Shown here: positions 9,393 through 19,739 of the stretch, one piece after another
Layout: every line of letters starts with the position of its first letter
How positions within the stretch are numbered: the first letter of the stretch is position 1
Source of the DNA: Candidatus Aenigmatarchaeota archaeon
GTDB lineage: Archaea > Aenigmatarchaeota > Aenigmatarchaeia > QMZP01 > QMZT01
Assembly: GCA_026397315.1 (NCBI GenBank)
Contig: JAPLVC010000005.1
Span: 33,737 to 97,736, forward strand
Direction: 5' to 3'
Length of the DNA stretch: 64,000 bases
Notes under the pieces: generated by a model
Seen by the model: the letters and a program-made list of their open reading frames with translations, nothing else
What the model was told of the DNA's origin: nothing
Database searches by the model: none
Position numbers and translations under genes: made by a program

Positions 9393-9443
9393 CCTGTTTC
9401 GCTAGTGCGGACCGCTTTTTATATGCGAATGCAATATTTTAAT

Positions 9444-10322
9444 ATGTCTTCCATTTACAGAAAAATTTCCCTGCTTTTTTTCGGAGGGATGGTCAACAAA
9501 AACATAGAATCTTTCAGGCCACTCGAGCCGCACATAAGAAACGCCAACATGAAAATCCTGCTGAAGACGTGGGTGAGCATGCTCTTCTTCTCGACGGCAA
9601 TCGCTTTTATTGTGTCTTTCACCGCTATATACATCCTGCTTTCATACGTTTTCCAGGTGGAGTTTTACATATACATATTCAGCGTCATATTCTTTCCCGT
9701 GTTCGTCGCATCGCTAGTATTCATATCGTTTTACCTGTATCCGGTTCAGAAGGAGCGGTCGAGGCAGAAGTCTATTGAGAACAACCTGCCTTTCGCTATA
9801 ACTCACATGGCCGCTATATCATCATCTGGCATACCCACAGAGTTTATGTTCGAGCTGCTGACGGGTTTCAAGGAATACGGAGAGATAACACAAGACGCGA
9901 AGCTCATAATGCGCAACATAAAAACGTTCGGCATGAGCTCCGTTGACGCGATGAAGGAAGTCGCCGATCGTACGCCATCGCAGGCTTTCAGGGAATTACT
10001 GCTCGGCATAGTCAACACCACAGAGACCGGCGGGGATATGATAGAATATCTCCACGGCATGGCGGAGAAGGCACTTTTCGATTACAGAATAAAGAGGGAG
10101 AAATATCTCAAGACGCTTTCTACGTATGCCGACATATACACCGCCCTGCTGGTTGCCGCGCCGCTGATGATGCTGTCAATGTTGGCATCGATGAGTATAA
10201 TAGGTGGCAGTGTAATGGGCCTTACCATAGAAGAACTGATATTGCTCATGACGTGGGTTTTGCTGCCCGCGATGAATACGGGATTCCTGGCATTCATCCA
10301 TGTCACATATCCTGGTGTGTAA
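9444..10322 (+). CDS. type II secretion F-domain platform protein (TadB/TadC/ArlJ-like)
   Basis: TM helices, IENNLPFAITHMAAISSSG, TPS motif, GGDMIEYL; start ATG 9444 chosen because the upstream extension overlaps the SRP RNA. Confidence 0.9.
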   Translation: MSSIYRKISLLFFGGMVNKNIESFRPLEPHIRNANMKILLKTWVSMLFFSTAIAFIVSFTAIYILLSYVFQVEFYIYIFSVIFFPVFVASLVFISFYLYPVQKERSRQKSIENNLPFAITHMAAISSSGIPTEFMFELLTGFKEYGEITQDAKLIMRNIKTFGMSSVDAMKEVADRTPSQAFRELLLGIVNTTETGGDMIEYLHGMAEKALFDYRIKREKYLKTLSTYADIYTALLVAAPLMMLSMLASMSIIGGSVMGLTIEELILLMTWVLLPAMNTGFLAFIHVTYPGV

Positions 10323-10323
10323 A

Positions 10324-11181
10324 ATGGAAATAAGCAAGACGTTCGTATTTGAACTATTGTTCATATGTGCAGGAACAGCAATATTGCTGCTGAATTTTTT
10401 TGTAATCGGAAACATATTTCCTTTCATAATGCCTCTGTTCAATGTCCTTGGGGCGCTGGTGGCGATAGTGCCTCCCTTTCTCATTTTCTACGGCCGCTAC
10501 AGGGTCAGCAAGGAAATAGAGGAGCAGTTCATCATCTTCATAACCGACCTGACTGAATCGATAGATTCAGGTATGACTCTTCCCATAGCCCTCAAGCACA
10601 TAGGCAAGAAGGACTTCAGATCCATGTCCCCCTTTGTCCACGAGATAGCGAGCAAGGTGGAGTGGGGCATACCTTTCGAGAAGGCGCTAAAGATATTTTC
10701 CGAGAAGGTGAAGTCGACTCCCATCAGGAGGTCCGTCAGCACCATAATAGAAACCTATAAGGTTGGTGGCAAGATATCCGACACACTGAGAGCTATAGGC
10801 CAGTCTCTTATCGAAATAAACAAAATACGTCAGGAGCGTTCCGCATCGGTGCAGTCTCAACTCGTGACCTCATACCTGATATTCTTCGTCTTTATCTTCA
10901 TTCTGGTCGTACTGAAAACGTTCCTGATACCCAGTTTCGGCACCATGCAGACGACCCCGTCGCTTCTCGGTGAAGAACAAGCCCCCGTGTCAACGCCGGC
11001 CGAGATGTATAACCAGGCTTTCGTCAACTTCATCATTGTCCAGGGTTTTTTTGCCGGCCTTGCTACCGGCAAGATGGCCGAAGGCTCCATCGTGGCTGGG
11101 TTAAAACACAGCATAGTGCTGATAGTGGTGGGCTATACTATATTCTCCCTTCTCGGCCAGATACAGATATCAATCTTTTAA
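10324..11181 (+). CDS. type II secretion F-domain platform protein (TadC-like)
   Basis: SIDSGMTLPIAL, WGIPFEKAL, GGKISDTL, QGFFAGLATGKMAEGS...GLKHS. Confidence 0.9.
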   Translation: MEISKTFVFELLFICAGTAILLLNFFVIGNIFPFIMPLFNVLGALVAIVPPFLIFYGRYRVSKEIEEQFIIFITDLTESIDSGMTLPIALKHIGKKDFRSMSPFVHEIASKVEWGIPFEKALKIFSEKVKSTPIRRSVSTIIETYKVGGKISDTLRAIGQSLIEINKIRQERSASVQSQLVTSYLIFFVFIFILVVLKTFLIPSFGTMQTTPSLLGEEQAPVSTPAEMYNQAFVNFIIVQGFFAGLATGKMAEGSIVAGLKHSIVLIVVGYTIFSLLGQIQISIF

Positions 11182-11220
11182 ATACTTATAGTGAGGAATA
11201 AGTAATATTGCGGTGAAATT

Positions 11221-11421
11221 ATGGGAAGGATAAAAACGATTCCTATCAAGTCACTTGGAGACCGTCTCCTTGAAGAACATGCTGACAAATTCACGACTGA
11301 TTTTGAAAAGAACAAGAAAGTCATTGACAGCTTGAAGGACATGACATCCAAGAAGATGAGGAACATACTTGCCGGATACATAACCAAAGAAGTACAGAAA
11401 ATGAAAAAGGCCGGTCAGTGA
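11221..11421 (+). CDS. rps17e: 30S ribosomal protein eS17
   Basis: MGRIKT...FTTDFEKNKK...SKKMRNILAGYIT. Confidence 0.97.
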   Translation: MGRIKTIPIKSLGDRLLEEHADKFTTDFEKNKKVIDSLKDMTSKKMRNILAGYITKEVQKMKKAGQ

Positions 11422-11425
11422 TTTT

Positions 11426-12520
11426 ATGAAAATAGAAGAAATACTGGAAAGCGCGTTCGTGGTCAAGCCAGATGACACACTTTCTCACGTGGTTGCCAGA
11501 ATGACCGAAGAGAAACGCTACGAGGCTTTTGTTTTTGACGGTGAGAGCCGCGGCATCGTCACCATGGACGACATAATAAGAAAGAACGTCAGTGAACCGC
11601 AGAAGATGAAAATATCATATTTCATGAAGCCTATAAACGTCTTCTCCATAGAGACGCCGGCCGAGGACATAATAAACTACATGCTCGTGAGCGAATACAG
11701 ATCCCTGCCCGTCGAGAAAGACGGCAAAATATATGCAATAACCAAGCCGAAGCTTCTCGGCTTCATAAAAGACGAGGTCTTCGAGGGCAAGAACGCCGAG
11801 GATATAATGCAAAAGCCTTTCTGCGTGAAAACGGATGACTCGCTTAACACTGTGCTTTCCGTCATAAAGGACGGCGGCAACAACAGGGTCCCCGTAATAG
11901 ATGATAAAGGCAAGTTCGCCGGTCTAGTCGATAGCCTCAGCCTTTCCGGCATAATAATTGGCAGGGAAAGGCTAAGTCTTGGGGCGCGCAGCGACGGTGA
12001 AAAGAGCAGGATAGGCGACTTGAACATAAGCAAGTTCGCCACCACCGATGTAGTGAGTGTCGGACCCGAAGAGAGCGTCAAGAAAATCGTCAAGGAGATG
12101 TCAAGCAAGGAAGTTTACAATGTCGTCGTCGAAGATGACGGCAAGTTCATGGGCATAATAACCATAAAAGACATTCTCAAACTCATAGGCAAGTCACTCG
12201 AAACCGTATACATAAGGGTCAGCGGCCTCGGAGACGAGGATGAATTCGTCAGAAAAAAAGTGGACGAACTCATTGAAAAAAGCATACAGAAGGTTCTCAA
12301 GGTAATAAGGGTCTCATATGTAGTGATACATGTAGAAACGCACAAAAAAAAGGAAAAAAGCGACAGTAAAAAATACTCGGTCCAGGGACGTTTCGTTACG
12401 GACAAGGGCAATTTCTACGCCAATGACTATGAATGGGAACCGATAAGTGCCACCAAAATATTTCTGGAAAGAATGGAAACCGAAATATTCAAACAGGTAA
12501 GCAAAGAACGCGGGCGCTAA
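11426..12520 (+). CDS. 4xCBS protein with C-terminal HPF/RaiA-like domain (candidate ribosome hibernation factor)
   Basis: Four CBS repeats (LPV, VPV, GIIT motifs), then VYIRVSGL...VVIHVE...KYSVQGRFVTDKGNFYA...W...ERMETEI with the HPF beta-alpha-beta-beta-beta-alpha pattern. Confidence 0.8.
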   Translation: MKIEEILESAFVVKPDDTLSHVVARMTEEKRYEAFVFDGESRGIVTMDDIIRKNVSEPQKMKISYFMKPINVFSIETPAEDIINYMLVSEYRSLPVEKDGKIYAITKPKLLGFIKDEVFEGKNAEDIMQKPFCVKTDDSLNTVLSVIKDGGNNRVPVIDDKGKFAGLVDSLSLSGIIIGRERLSLGARSDGEKSRIGDLNISKFATTDVVSVGPEESVKKIVKEMSSKEVYNVVVEDDGKFMGIITIKDILKLIGKSLETVYIRVSGLGDEDEFVRKKVDELIEKSIQKVLKVIRVSYVVIHVETHKKKEKSDSKKYSVQGRFVTDKGNFYANDYEWEPISATKIFLERMETEIFKQVSKERGR

Positions 12521-12523
12521 GGC

Positions 12524-13993
12524 TTAAAATATTTTTTTGCCTGAAAAGAATTCGCCTAATGCATGTTGCAGATCCTTTATTTTGACGCGTATCTGCTTCA
12601 TCGAGTCGCGGTCACGGAGTGTGACGTCGTCATTCTTAAGTGAATCGTAATCCACGGTTATGGCCAGAGGGACGCCAAGCTGGTCGTATATGACGTAGCG
12701 CTTTCCTATCGACTGCTTCTCGTCGTACTTGGTTTCAAAAAGGGTTTTTAACGCTTCATTTATTTCATGTGCCTTTTCGTCTATGCCGTCTTTCCTGACC
12801 AGAGGCAGTATGACTACGTCAAGTGGAGATAGGCTGCGCGGGAACTTGAGCACAGGCTTGCCTTCTCTTTCCGAAACAGAATTCTCGAGTACGGTGTAGA
12901 AAATCCTGTCGAGACCCATGGAGAGTTCAAATACGTGGGGTGTGAGTTTTTCCTCATCCTCTACGACGGACAGGTCGACGCCCGAAACTTTCGCGTGCGA
13001 AGACAGGTCATAATCGGTCCTGTAATTGCACGCTACCAGCTCCAGCCATCCAGTGCTCGTGTTAACCTCAATATCCCAAGTTTCCTTTGAATAGAATGCC
13101 CTCGCGTTTTCCTCCAGCTCGCGGAAGCGTATGTCCTTCGGGTCGAAACCGCATTTCTCCATGAACATCTGTGCCACGGCCAGATAAAAGCCGATAAGCT
13201 TGCCTGACACTATCTTTTTGTCTACGGCTTCCTGGACACTTATCGAATGCGTTTCTTTGCCGACAAGCTTAAGCCTGAGCTTGAAATCTTTATACTTGTT
13301 GAAACCGTGAAAGTCGTTTATTTTTTTAGGGTTGAAGAAGACCTCGGTTTCGAGCTGCGTGAATTCTCTGGTGCGTATGAGCCCCTGGCGCGGCGAGATT
13401 TCATTGCGGAATGAGCGCCCGGCCTGGGATATTCCCAGCGGTAGTGAGACTCTCGCAGTCTTGTATATCTTGAGAAAATCAGCAAATATGTTCTGGCAAG
13501 TTTCAGGCCTCAGGTATGCATTTTTTTCGTCCGTCAGCGGGCCTATTGAAACGCCTATCATCATGTTGAATTTCTGGACTTTCGCTAGCGAACTTTTGCA
13601 CTCAGGGCATTTGACACCGTGCTTATCTATGAGGTTGTTGAACTCTTCGGATGACATGGCTTCAGGAACCGTGCTGCCTGTTGCACCCTCTATAATCTTG
13701 TCGGCTCGGAATATCTTGTGGCATTTCTTGCACTGCACGAGCGGGTCCACGAAATTTTTCAGGTGTCCGGACGCCTCGAAGTTTTTTTTGGGCAGTATGA
13801 GACAGCCGTCGATTTCAAGCGAATCCGTTTTCCTCACGACCTCTGCACGCCAGAGTTCCGTGATTTTTCTCTTCATCACGGTTCCCATATGACCGAAATC
13901 CAGGAATCCCGAAAGCGGGGAGTGAATTTCAGCCGTGGGGAAGAATATGCCGCGCTGGTCTGCAAGTTGCTGTATATGAGTAAATTTGTCCAT
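12524..13993 (-). CDS. glyS: glycyl-tRNA synthetase (alpha2 type)
   Basis: ASGHLKNFVDPL, YLRPETCQNIF, FRNEISPRQGLIRTREFTQ, ELSMGLDR, anticodon domain SIGKRY; start 13993. Confidence 0.95.
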   Translation of the reverse strand: MDKFTHIQQLADQRGIFFPTAEIHSPLSGFLDFGHMGTVMKRKITELWRAEVVRKTDSLEIDGCLILPKKNFEASGHLKNFVDPLVQCKKCHKIFRADKIIEGATGSTVPEAMSSEEFNNLIDKHGVKCPECKSSLAKVQKFNMMIGVSIGPLTDEKNAYLRPETCQNIFADFLKIYKTARVSLPLGISQAGRSFRNEISPRQGLIRTREFTQLETEVFFNPKKINDFHGFNKYKDFKLRLKLVGKETHSISVQEAVDKKIVSGKLIGFYLAVAQMFMEKCGFDPKDIRFRELEENARAFYSKETWDIEVNTSTGWLELVACNYRTDYDLSSHAKVSGVDLSVVEDEEKLTPHVFELSMGLDRIFYTVLENSVSEREGKPVLKFPRSLSPLDVVILPLVRKDGIDEKAHEINEALKTLFETKYDEKQSIGKRYVIYDQLGVPLAITVDYDSLKNDDVTLRDRDSMKQIRVKIKDLQHALGEFFSGKKIF

Positions 13994-14036
13994 TAAATCA
14001 CATATAAATTTATTGCGAGTGCTTTTATAAGATATT

Positions 14037-14696
14037 ATGCCACACAAGAACGGCCTGAAAGTCGATTTTCATGTACATTCACATTTCTCCTCTGACGGCG
14101 ACATGACACCTGAAGAAATAATAAGATACGCCAAGGAAGCCGGTCTGGATGCAATAGCAGTCACTGATCACAATAGCCTGCGCGGGGGTAAGGAAGTGGA
14201 GAAGCTTTCAAAAGACCTTATTGTTCTCGTCGGTTCTGAGATAAAAACCGATGTCGGGGAAATCATAGCTCTCAACATAAAAAAGGATATAGAACGTGAT
14301 CTGGATCTCGAGGAGACGTGCAGGCGGGTCAAAGAGCAGGGCGGTTTCATAATAATTTCCCATCCATTCGACAGGTTCAGAAGCGGTATAGGAAACGAGG
14401 CTGAAAAAATAGTAAAATACATAGACGCGGTCGAGGTTTTCAACGCGAGGACTATGGTCGGAAAATTCAACGACGACGCGCTCGCTTTCGCCAGGAGGCA
14501 TAAATTACCATGTGTCGCCGGCTCCGATTCTCACTTCGCCTCAGAACTGGGTTCTGCCTACACCCTGGTCATGGCTGAAAATAAAAAAGGCATATTCAAG
14601 GCCATACGTCAGGGCAGGACTGAAATAGCAGGCAGGAAAACAGGCATAATGCCACATTGGAAGACGTTTGTCAGGAAAATGAGCAAGAAATTATAA
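14037..14696 (+). CDS. PHP-family metal-dependent phosphoesterase
   Basis: DFHVHSHFSSDG, AVTDHN, SHPF, GSDSH. Confidence 0.92.
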   Translation: MPHKNGLKVDFHVHSHFSSDGDMTPEEIIRYAKEAGLDAIAVTDHNSLRGGKEVEKLSKDLIVLVGSEIKTDVGEIIALNIKKDIERDLDLEETCRRVKEQGGFIIISHPFDRFRSGIGNEAEKIVKYIDAVEVFNARTMVGKFNDDALAFARRHKLPCVAGSDSHFASELGSAYTLVMAENKKGIFKAIRQGRTEIAGRKTGIMPHWKTFVRKMSKKL

Positions 14697-15722
14697 TCAC
14701 TTATTAACTGTCGCATTTGTGATATTCTCTATTCCGGTTTCTATTTCTGACTGTATGTCGTCGATTGTTTTGTATTTGCCAAGGCCATCTGTCAGGTTGG
14801 TCACAGGCTCCATGATGTTTTCAGGTATTTCATTCACCACAATCTCCTTGTAACTATCTATGGTATTGGCAATCTTCTCATTCGCCTGGCCGACGAATGG
14901 CACCATCAGGACGAGGAATGAAATTATCACCACCGGAAGGAGCAGGTATTCTATCACTATCATGTTGTTTATCTTGTGGAACTCGATGTCTATTTTTTTC
15001 ATGAGCAGAAGTATTGAAAGGGGAATGACTATCAGAAGGATCATGCTCAGCGGGAAGCCGTACTGTAGGAAAGAAACCACATATGAAAATGCGCCCAAAA
15101 GGCCGATTGCCGCGAACATCTTTTTGTTGCCTTTTATGATGCTGCCCTTGAATTTGAATTTGTATATCAGGTAACTTGCCATGTAAACCAGGGAAAACGC
15201 CATTATTATCCAGAATGGGAATTTGGATATGTCAGACGTGAGAGCGAACCAGCCGCACGAGTATTTTAGGAACTCTATGGCCGTCATGTTGACCGCTGTC
15301 TTGCGCAGGCTTTTCTTGAAGCGCGCGTGCGGCGACGAGTGCAGCAGATTGAGGAAAAGCATTGCCGCTATCATCAGGAAAAACCACTTGCTTATGAAAA
15401 ATGACAGACCCATGCCGGCCACGATGAAAATGGCCAGTAGTATTTTGGCCCGCTTAAGGTTAATCATGTCACCGGCCACGAGCTTCCACTTCCTCTTTTC
15501 GGAATCATTCCTGTCTTCCTCGTGGTCAACGATGTCATTGTAAACATATACAGCCGAATAGGATATCAGAAAAGCTGTTAAAGAGGCGAGCGTCAGAAAG
15601 ATATCCGGAACTCCCAGTAAAAACCAGAACAGTGTTATACCCAGAAGGAATTGGACCATGTTCTTGGGAAGGCTTATGGTTATGCTGTTGAAAAGGACTT
15701 TCTTTATTGTCATAAGCATCAC
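14697..15722 (-). CDS. UbiA family prenyltransferase
   Basis: Polytopic membrane protein with YVYNDIVDHEED (NDxxDxxxD). Confidence 0.8.
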   Translation of the reverse strand: MMLMTIKKVLFNSITISLPKNMVQFLLGITLFWFLLGVPDIFLTLASLTAFLISYSAVYVYNDIVDHEEDRNDSEKRKWKLVAGDMINLKRAKILLAIFIVAGMGLSFFISKWFFLMIAAMLFLNLLHSSPHARFKKSLRKTAVNMTAIEFLKYSCGWFALTSDISKFPFWIIMAFSLVYMASYLIYKFKFKGSIIKGNKKMFAAIGLLGAFSYVVSFLQYGFPLSMILLIVIPLSILLLMKKIDIEFHKINNMIVIEYLLLPVVIISFLVLMVPFVGQANEKIANTIDSYKEIVVNEIPENIMEPVTNLTDGLGKYKTIDDIQSEIETGIENITNATVNK

Positions 15723-15731
15723 ATATAGATT

Positions 15732-16496
15732 TCAGGCCAACTCCCTTTTATGCATTTCCCTCACCTTTCTTGCCCGGAATATTATGGTGGATGCAAAAGT
15801 CGTTTTCCTGGCGAACGCGGAATCGACAGCGTTCCATAGCTTTTCCTGCCATTTTTTGCGCGAGCCGTCCGCCATCACCGGAGTGCCTTTTACCCTTTCA
15901 ACCGAGAAACCATGCATCTCCAGCAGCTCTTTGAGAGAGCGCTTTGTGAAGGCGTGTATGTGGCCTACGCCCTCCTTTATGAAAGGGTTGCCCGTATACG
16001 TTTTCAGAGACGACTCTATCCAAGTTGGCATGAAGCCCAGAAAAAGGAAGCCACGGTTATACCATGATGCTATGTTCGGCACGGAAATGACCAGGCACCC
16101 ATTCGTCTTAAGCGAATGGTTTATGTTGGCGAGAAGGTTCTCGGTATCGTAAATATGCTCTATCACGTCGCCGCAGAAAACGGCATCGAAGCTGTTTTTT
16201 TCGAACGGGAATTCCTTGTCTATGTTGGCGGCCTTGGCGTCTATCCCTTTTTTCCTGGCCTCAGCCACGGCATCCGCGCTTATGTCTATGCCGTAAACCT
16301 TTGCCCATGTCTCCTTGGCTATGACAGCCGAGATGAAACCGTCACCACAACCCACGTCCAGGATTTTTCCGTTCTTCTGGTCGCTGAAAAACTCCAGGAC
16401 TACTTTTATTTTTTTCTCCTGTATTTTGTAGTATTTTCCGGCTTCCTTGGCGAAAATATTGGAGTAGAAATTCTTGTTGTATTCGTTTGTGTCCAT
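15732..16496 (-). CDS. class I SAM-dependent methyltransferase
   Basis: ILDVGCGDG, GIDIS, FDAVFCGDVIEH, SVPN. Confidence 0.9.
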   Translation of the reverse strand: MDTNEYNKNFYSNIFAKEAGKYYKIQEKKIKVVLEFFSDQKNGKILDVGCGDGFISAVIAKETWAKVYGIDISADAVAEARKKGIDAKAANIDKEFPFEKNSFDAVFCGDVIEHIYDTENLLANINHSLKTNGCLVISVPNIASWYNRGFLFLGFMPTWIESSLKTYTGNPFIKEGVGHIHAFTKRSLKELLEMHGFSVERVKGTPVMADGSRKKWQEKLWNAVDSAFARKTTFASTIIFRARKVREMHKRELA

Positions 16497-16557
16497 GGTA
16501 AAGGATTGTGGCCTCCAGTTATAAAAACGTATAAAAACGGAACGTCATTATATTTGT

Positions 16558-18066
16558 ATGGATTTGGTGAAAGCGCTGGAATCGCTGAGTCCCGTTGAAA
16601 GGAGCGTGCTGCCGTACATCAAAGACGGCATGGAGCTCCGCGCAATAGCAAGGGACGCTAAATTGCAGGAAATAGAAGTCATGCGCGCCATCCAGTGGCT
16701 CGAAAACAAGGGCATGATAAAAGTTTCATCTTCTACAAAAGACGTCATTGTCGCCGGAGTAAATGGCAAACTTTACATGAAAACCGGTCTCCCGGAGAAA
16801 AGGTTTCTGGAAGCGCTTTCAGGGAAAATGAGCATTGACGGCATCAAAAAGGCGACCAAGCTCGACGATAATGAGATAAGGATATGCCTTGGCCTGCTGA
16901 AAGCCAGATACGCGATTTCCATACTTGGTAATGCAATAGAGCCCACGAGCGAACGGGACCGCATACTGAAAGAGGGTTTTGCGGAAGAAGCGTTTCTCCG
17001 AAGCCTGCCGAAAAACTTCGACGAGTTGACTGAGAATGAAAAGATGCTTTTCGCCAGGCTTGCGAAAAGAAGGAACATCGTCATGAAAGAAACGACGAAG
17101 CTGAGATTTGTGGAGCTCACCGAGCTCGGCAAAAAGCTTGCTGCCGGCTCAAAAAAAATAAAGATGGACCTCATAGAAACTCTCACGCCACAGATGTTGA
17201 AGGGTAAAACATGGAGCGGCAAGAAGTTCAGGAGGTATGACATAAAGACCGGTGTGCCGAAAATAAACCCCGGCAAGAGGCAACCGTACAGCGAATTCTT
17301 GCAGGACGTCAGGGAAAGACTGGTGTCGCTTGGATTCGAGGAAATGCACGGACCGGTAATAGAGACTGAATTTTTCAATTTCGACGCACTTTACCAGCCG
17401 CAGAACCACCCCGCAAGGGACTGGAGCGCGACCTACAGGATAAAGGAACCTAAATATGGCGATCTGCCTGAAAAAAGCATAGTTTCGTCAGTCAAAAAAG
17501 CTCATGAAAAAGGCATCGGTGGCTCGAGCGGGTGGGGTTATAAATGGGACAGCAAAACCGCGGCCCGTCTGATGCCGAGAGCGCATGACACCGCCATATC
17601 GCCCAGATTCCTTGCGAAAGGCGTCAAGATACCGGGCAAATATTTCAGCCTAGTCCGCTGCTTCAGGCCGGATGTCATAGACGCAACGCATGGCGTGGAA
17701 TTCAGCCAGCTTGGCGGCTTTGTCATAGACAAAGACCTTACGTTCAGGCATCTGCTCGGTCTGCTGAAACAGTTCGTATTCGAAATAACAGGTATAGAAT
17801 ACGTGCGCTTCTCGCCGGACTATTTCCCTTTCACTGAGCCCTCTGTGCAGATTGCCGCAAAGCATCCGAAGCTTGGCTGGATGGAGCTTGCCGGAGCCGG
17901 TATTTTCAGGCCGGAGCTCACGCTGCCGATGGGTGTCAAAGAGCCGGTAATAGCATGGGGTTTCGGCATAGACAGGCTTGCCATGTTAAAGCTCGGCATA
18001 AAGGACATACGCGACATATTTTCAAATGACATAGAATTTCTGAGAAAAGCTGAAAAGGTGTTTTGA
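16558..18066 (+). CDS. pheS: phenylalanyl-tRNA synthetase alpha subunit
   Basis: FNFDALYQPQNHPARD, DATHGVEF, YFPFTEPS, AWGFGIDRLAM. Confidence 0.97.
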   Translation: MDLVKALESLSPVERSVLPYIKDGMELRAIARDAKLQEIEVMRAIQWLENKGMIKVSSSTKDVIVAGVNGKLYMKTGLPEKRFLEALSGKMSIDGIKKATKLDDNEIRICLGLLKARYAISILGNAIEPTSERDRILKEGFAEEAFLRSLPKNFDELTENEKMLFARLAKRRNIVMKETTKLRFVELTELGKKLAAGSKKIKMDLIETLTPQMLKGKTWSGKKFRRYDIKTGVPKINPGKRQPYSEFLQDVRERLVSLGFEEMHGPVIETEFFNFDALYQPQNHPARDWSATYRIKEPKYGDLPEKSIVSSVKKAHEKGIGGSSGWGYKWDSKTAARLMPRAHDTAISPRFLAKGVKIPGKYFSLVRCFRPDVIDATHGVEFSQLGGFVIDKDLTFRHLLGLLKQFVFEITGIEYVRFSPDYFPFTEPSVQIAAKHPKLGWMELAGAGIFRPELTLPMGVKEPVIAWGFGIDRLAMLKLGIKDIRDIFSNDIEFLRKAEKVF

Positions 18067-19739
18067 TGCCAACGATAGAAATCTCGCTGAAGGATCTGAG
18101 CAGGCTGGTGCGCAAGAAATTGTCAGTGTCGGCGCTAGCGACTGCGTTGCAATATGTAAAAGGTGAGATCGAGTCTTCAGAAGGCGACAGGCTGAAAATA
18201 GAGATAGCTGACAGCAACAGGCCAGACCTGTGGTCTACCGAAGGCATCGCCAGGGAGTTGCGGTCGAGATATGGTAATGAAAAGAGTCTCGCTAAATTCA
18301 AAACCAAAAAGTCAGGCCTAAAGGTAATAGTCGAAAAGAACCTCAGGAACATAAGGCCCAGAACCGTCTGCGCGGTTGTCCGTGGCCTTAAGATAGATGA
18401 TGAGATTTTGTTCCAGATGATCCAGCTGCAGGAAAAAATATGCGAGAACTTCGGCAGGCGAAGAAAGGAAGTTGCGCTAGGAATATACGACTACAACAGG
18501 ATTTCACCGCCAATTTATTTCAGGGCATACGGCCCGGGAGAGATAAAATTCGTGCCGCTCGACTTCAATGTGGAGATGAGCCTCAAGGACATACTTGCGG
18601 AGCATCCAAAAGGCAAGGAATATGCGCATCTCCTTGCAGGCATGAAGAAATATCCTGTTTTCATAGATTCGATGGACCACGTGCTTTCCATGCCGCCGGT
18701 CATAAACTCTGACTTCAGCGGCAAGGTCACGAAAGACACCAGAGACGTATTCATAGAATGCTCTGGTTTCAGCATGAAATTCCTCCTGCCAGCGCTCAAC
18801 ATAATGGTCGCGGCCCTCGCCGACAGGGGCGGCCGCGTGGAAACTGTCGATGTCGTTTTCCCGGATGGCAAAATGCAGACTCCGGATTTCACCCCGGGAA
18901 AAATACTGGTAAATCCTGATAGAGCAAGGAATATTTCAGGTCTGCACGTAACCGATGCTGATATTGCAAAGCTTCTGATGAAAGCGAGATATGATGTGAA
19001 AAACGAGCATGGCAAGCTGGCTGTTCTCATCCCGTCATACAGGCAGGACGTGATGCACGAAGTGGACGTGATAGAAGACATGATTATTTCGCACGGCTAC
19101 AATAACATAGGGCCCATCACGCCCTCCCTGGCCAGCACCGGAAAGCTGACGCCGGTTAATAATTTTGTTAAAAAAATAACCGAGCTTATGATCGGCCTCG
19201 GCAACCAGGAAGTTCTTTCTTACACCCTTACCAACAAGGATAACATGATAAAGAAGATGAATATAGAAAGCATGAAAATCATAGAAATAGACAACCCGGT
19301 TTCGAAAAACTGGAGCGTTTTCAGGACGTGGATAACGCCATCTCTGATCGAATTCATGTCGAACAACACCAACAAGGAATACCCCCAGCGCGTGTTCGAA
19401 ATAGGCGAAGTGGTCATCTACGACGCGAAGGCAGAAACCAGAAGCAAAAACCCCGTAATGCTCGCGCTGGCCTGCGCCGGATCTGACGCAAACTTTACAC
19501 TAGCCAAGCAGCAATTGGATTTCGTACTGAGAACAATAGGCATTGAATACGTTGTAGAGGAAACCGAGCACTGTTCCTTCATAACAGGAAGGGTTGGCAT
19601 CGTTTATGCGAATGGCCGGGAAATCGCATGCCTGGGAGAAATACACCCTAAAGTCCTTTCTAATTTTGGCATAGAACAACCGGTATGCACTTTCGAAATG
19701 AACCTGAGCGAAATTCTCTCACTGATCGAAAAGAAATAA
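18066..19739 (+). CDS. pheT: phenylalanyl-tRNA synthetase beta subunit
   Basis: MPTIEI, NRPDLWSTEGIAR, SMPPVINS, YRQDVMHEVDVIED, GEIHP. Confidence 0.97.
   Translation: MPTIEISLKDLSRLVRKKLSVSALATALQYVKGEIESSEGDRLKIEIADSNRPDLWSTEGIARELRSRYGNEKSLAKFKTKKSGLKVIVEKNLRNIRPRTVCAVVRGLKIDDEILFQMIQLQEKICENFGRRRKEVALGIYDYNRISPPIYFRAYGPGEIKFVPLDFNVEMSLKDILAEHPKGKEYAHLLAGMKKYPVFIDSMDHVLSMPPVINSDFSGKVTKDTRDVFIECSGFSMKFLLPALNIMVAALADRGGRVETVDVVFPDGKMQTPDFTPGKILVNPDRARNISGLHVTDADIAKLLMKARYDVKNEHGKLAVLIPSYRQDVMHEVDVIEDMIISHGYNNIGPITPSLASTGKLTPVNNFVKKITELMIGLGNQEVLSYTLTNKDNMIKKMNIESMKIIEIDNPVSKNWSVFRTWITPSLIEFMSNNTNKEYPQRVFEIGEVVIYDAKAETRSKNPVMLALACAGSDANFTLAKQQLDFVLRTIGIEYVVEETEHCSFITGRVGIVYANGREIACLGEIHPKVLSNFGIEQPVCTFEMNLSEILSLIEKK

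Noticed and set aside
9002-9443. ORFs 9002-9349 and 9138-9392, and the N-terminal extension of the 9381 ORF
   Set aside because: They overlap the SRP RNA, which explains the sequence
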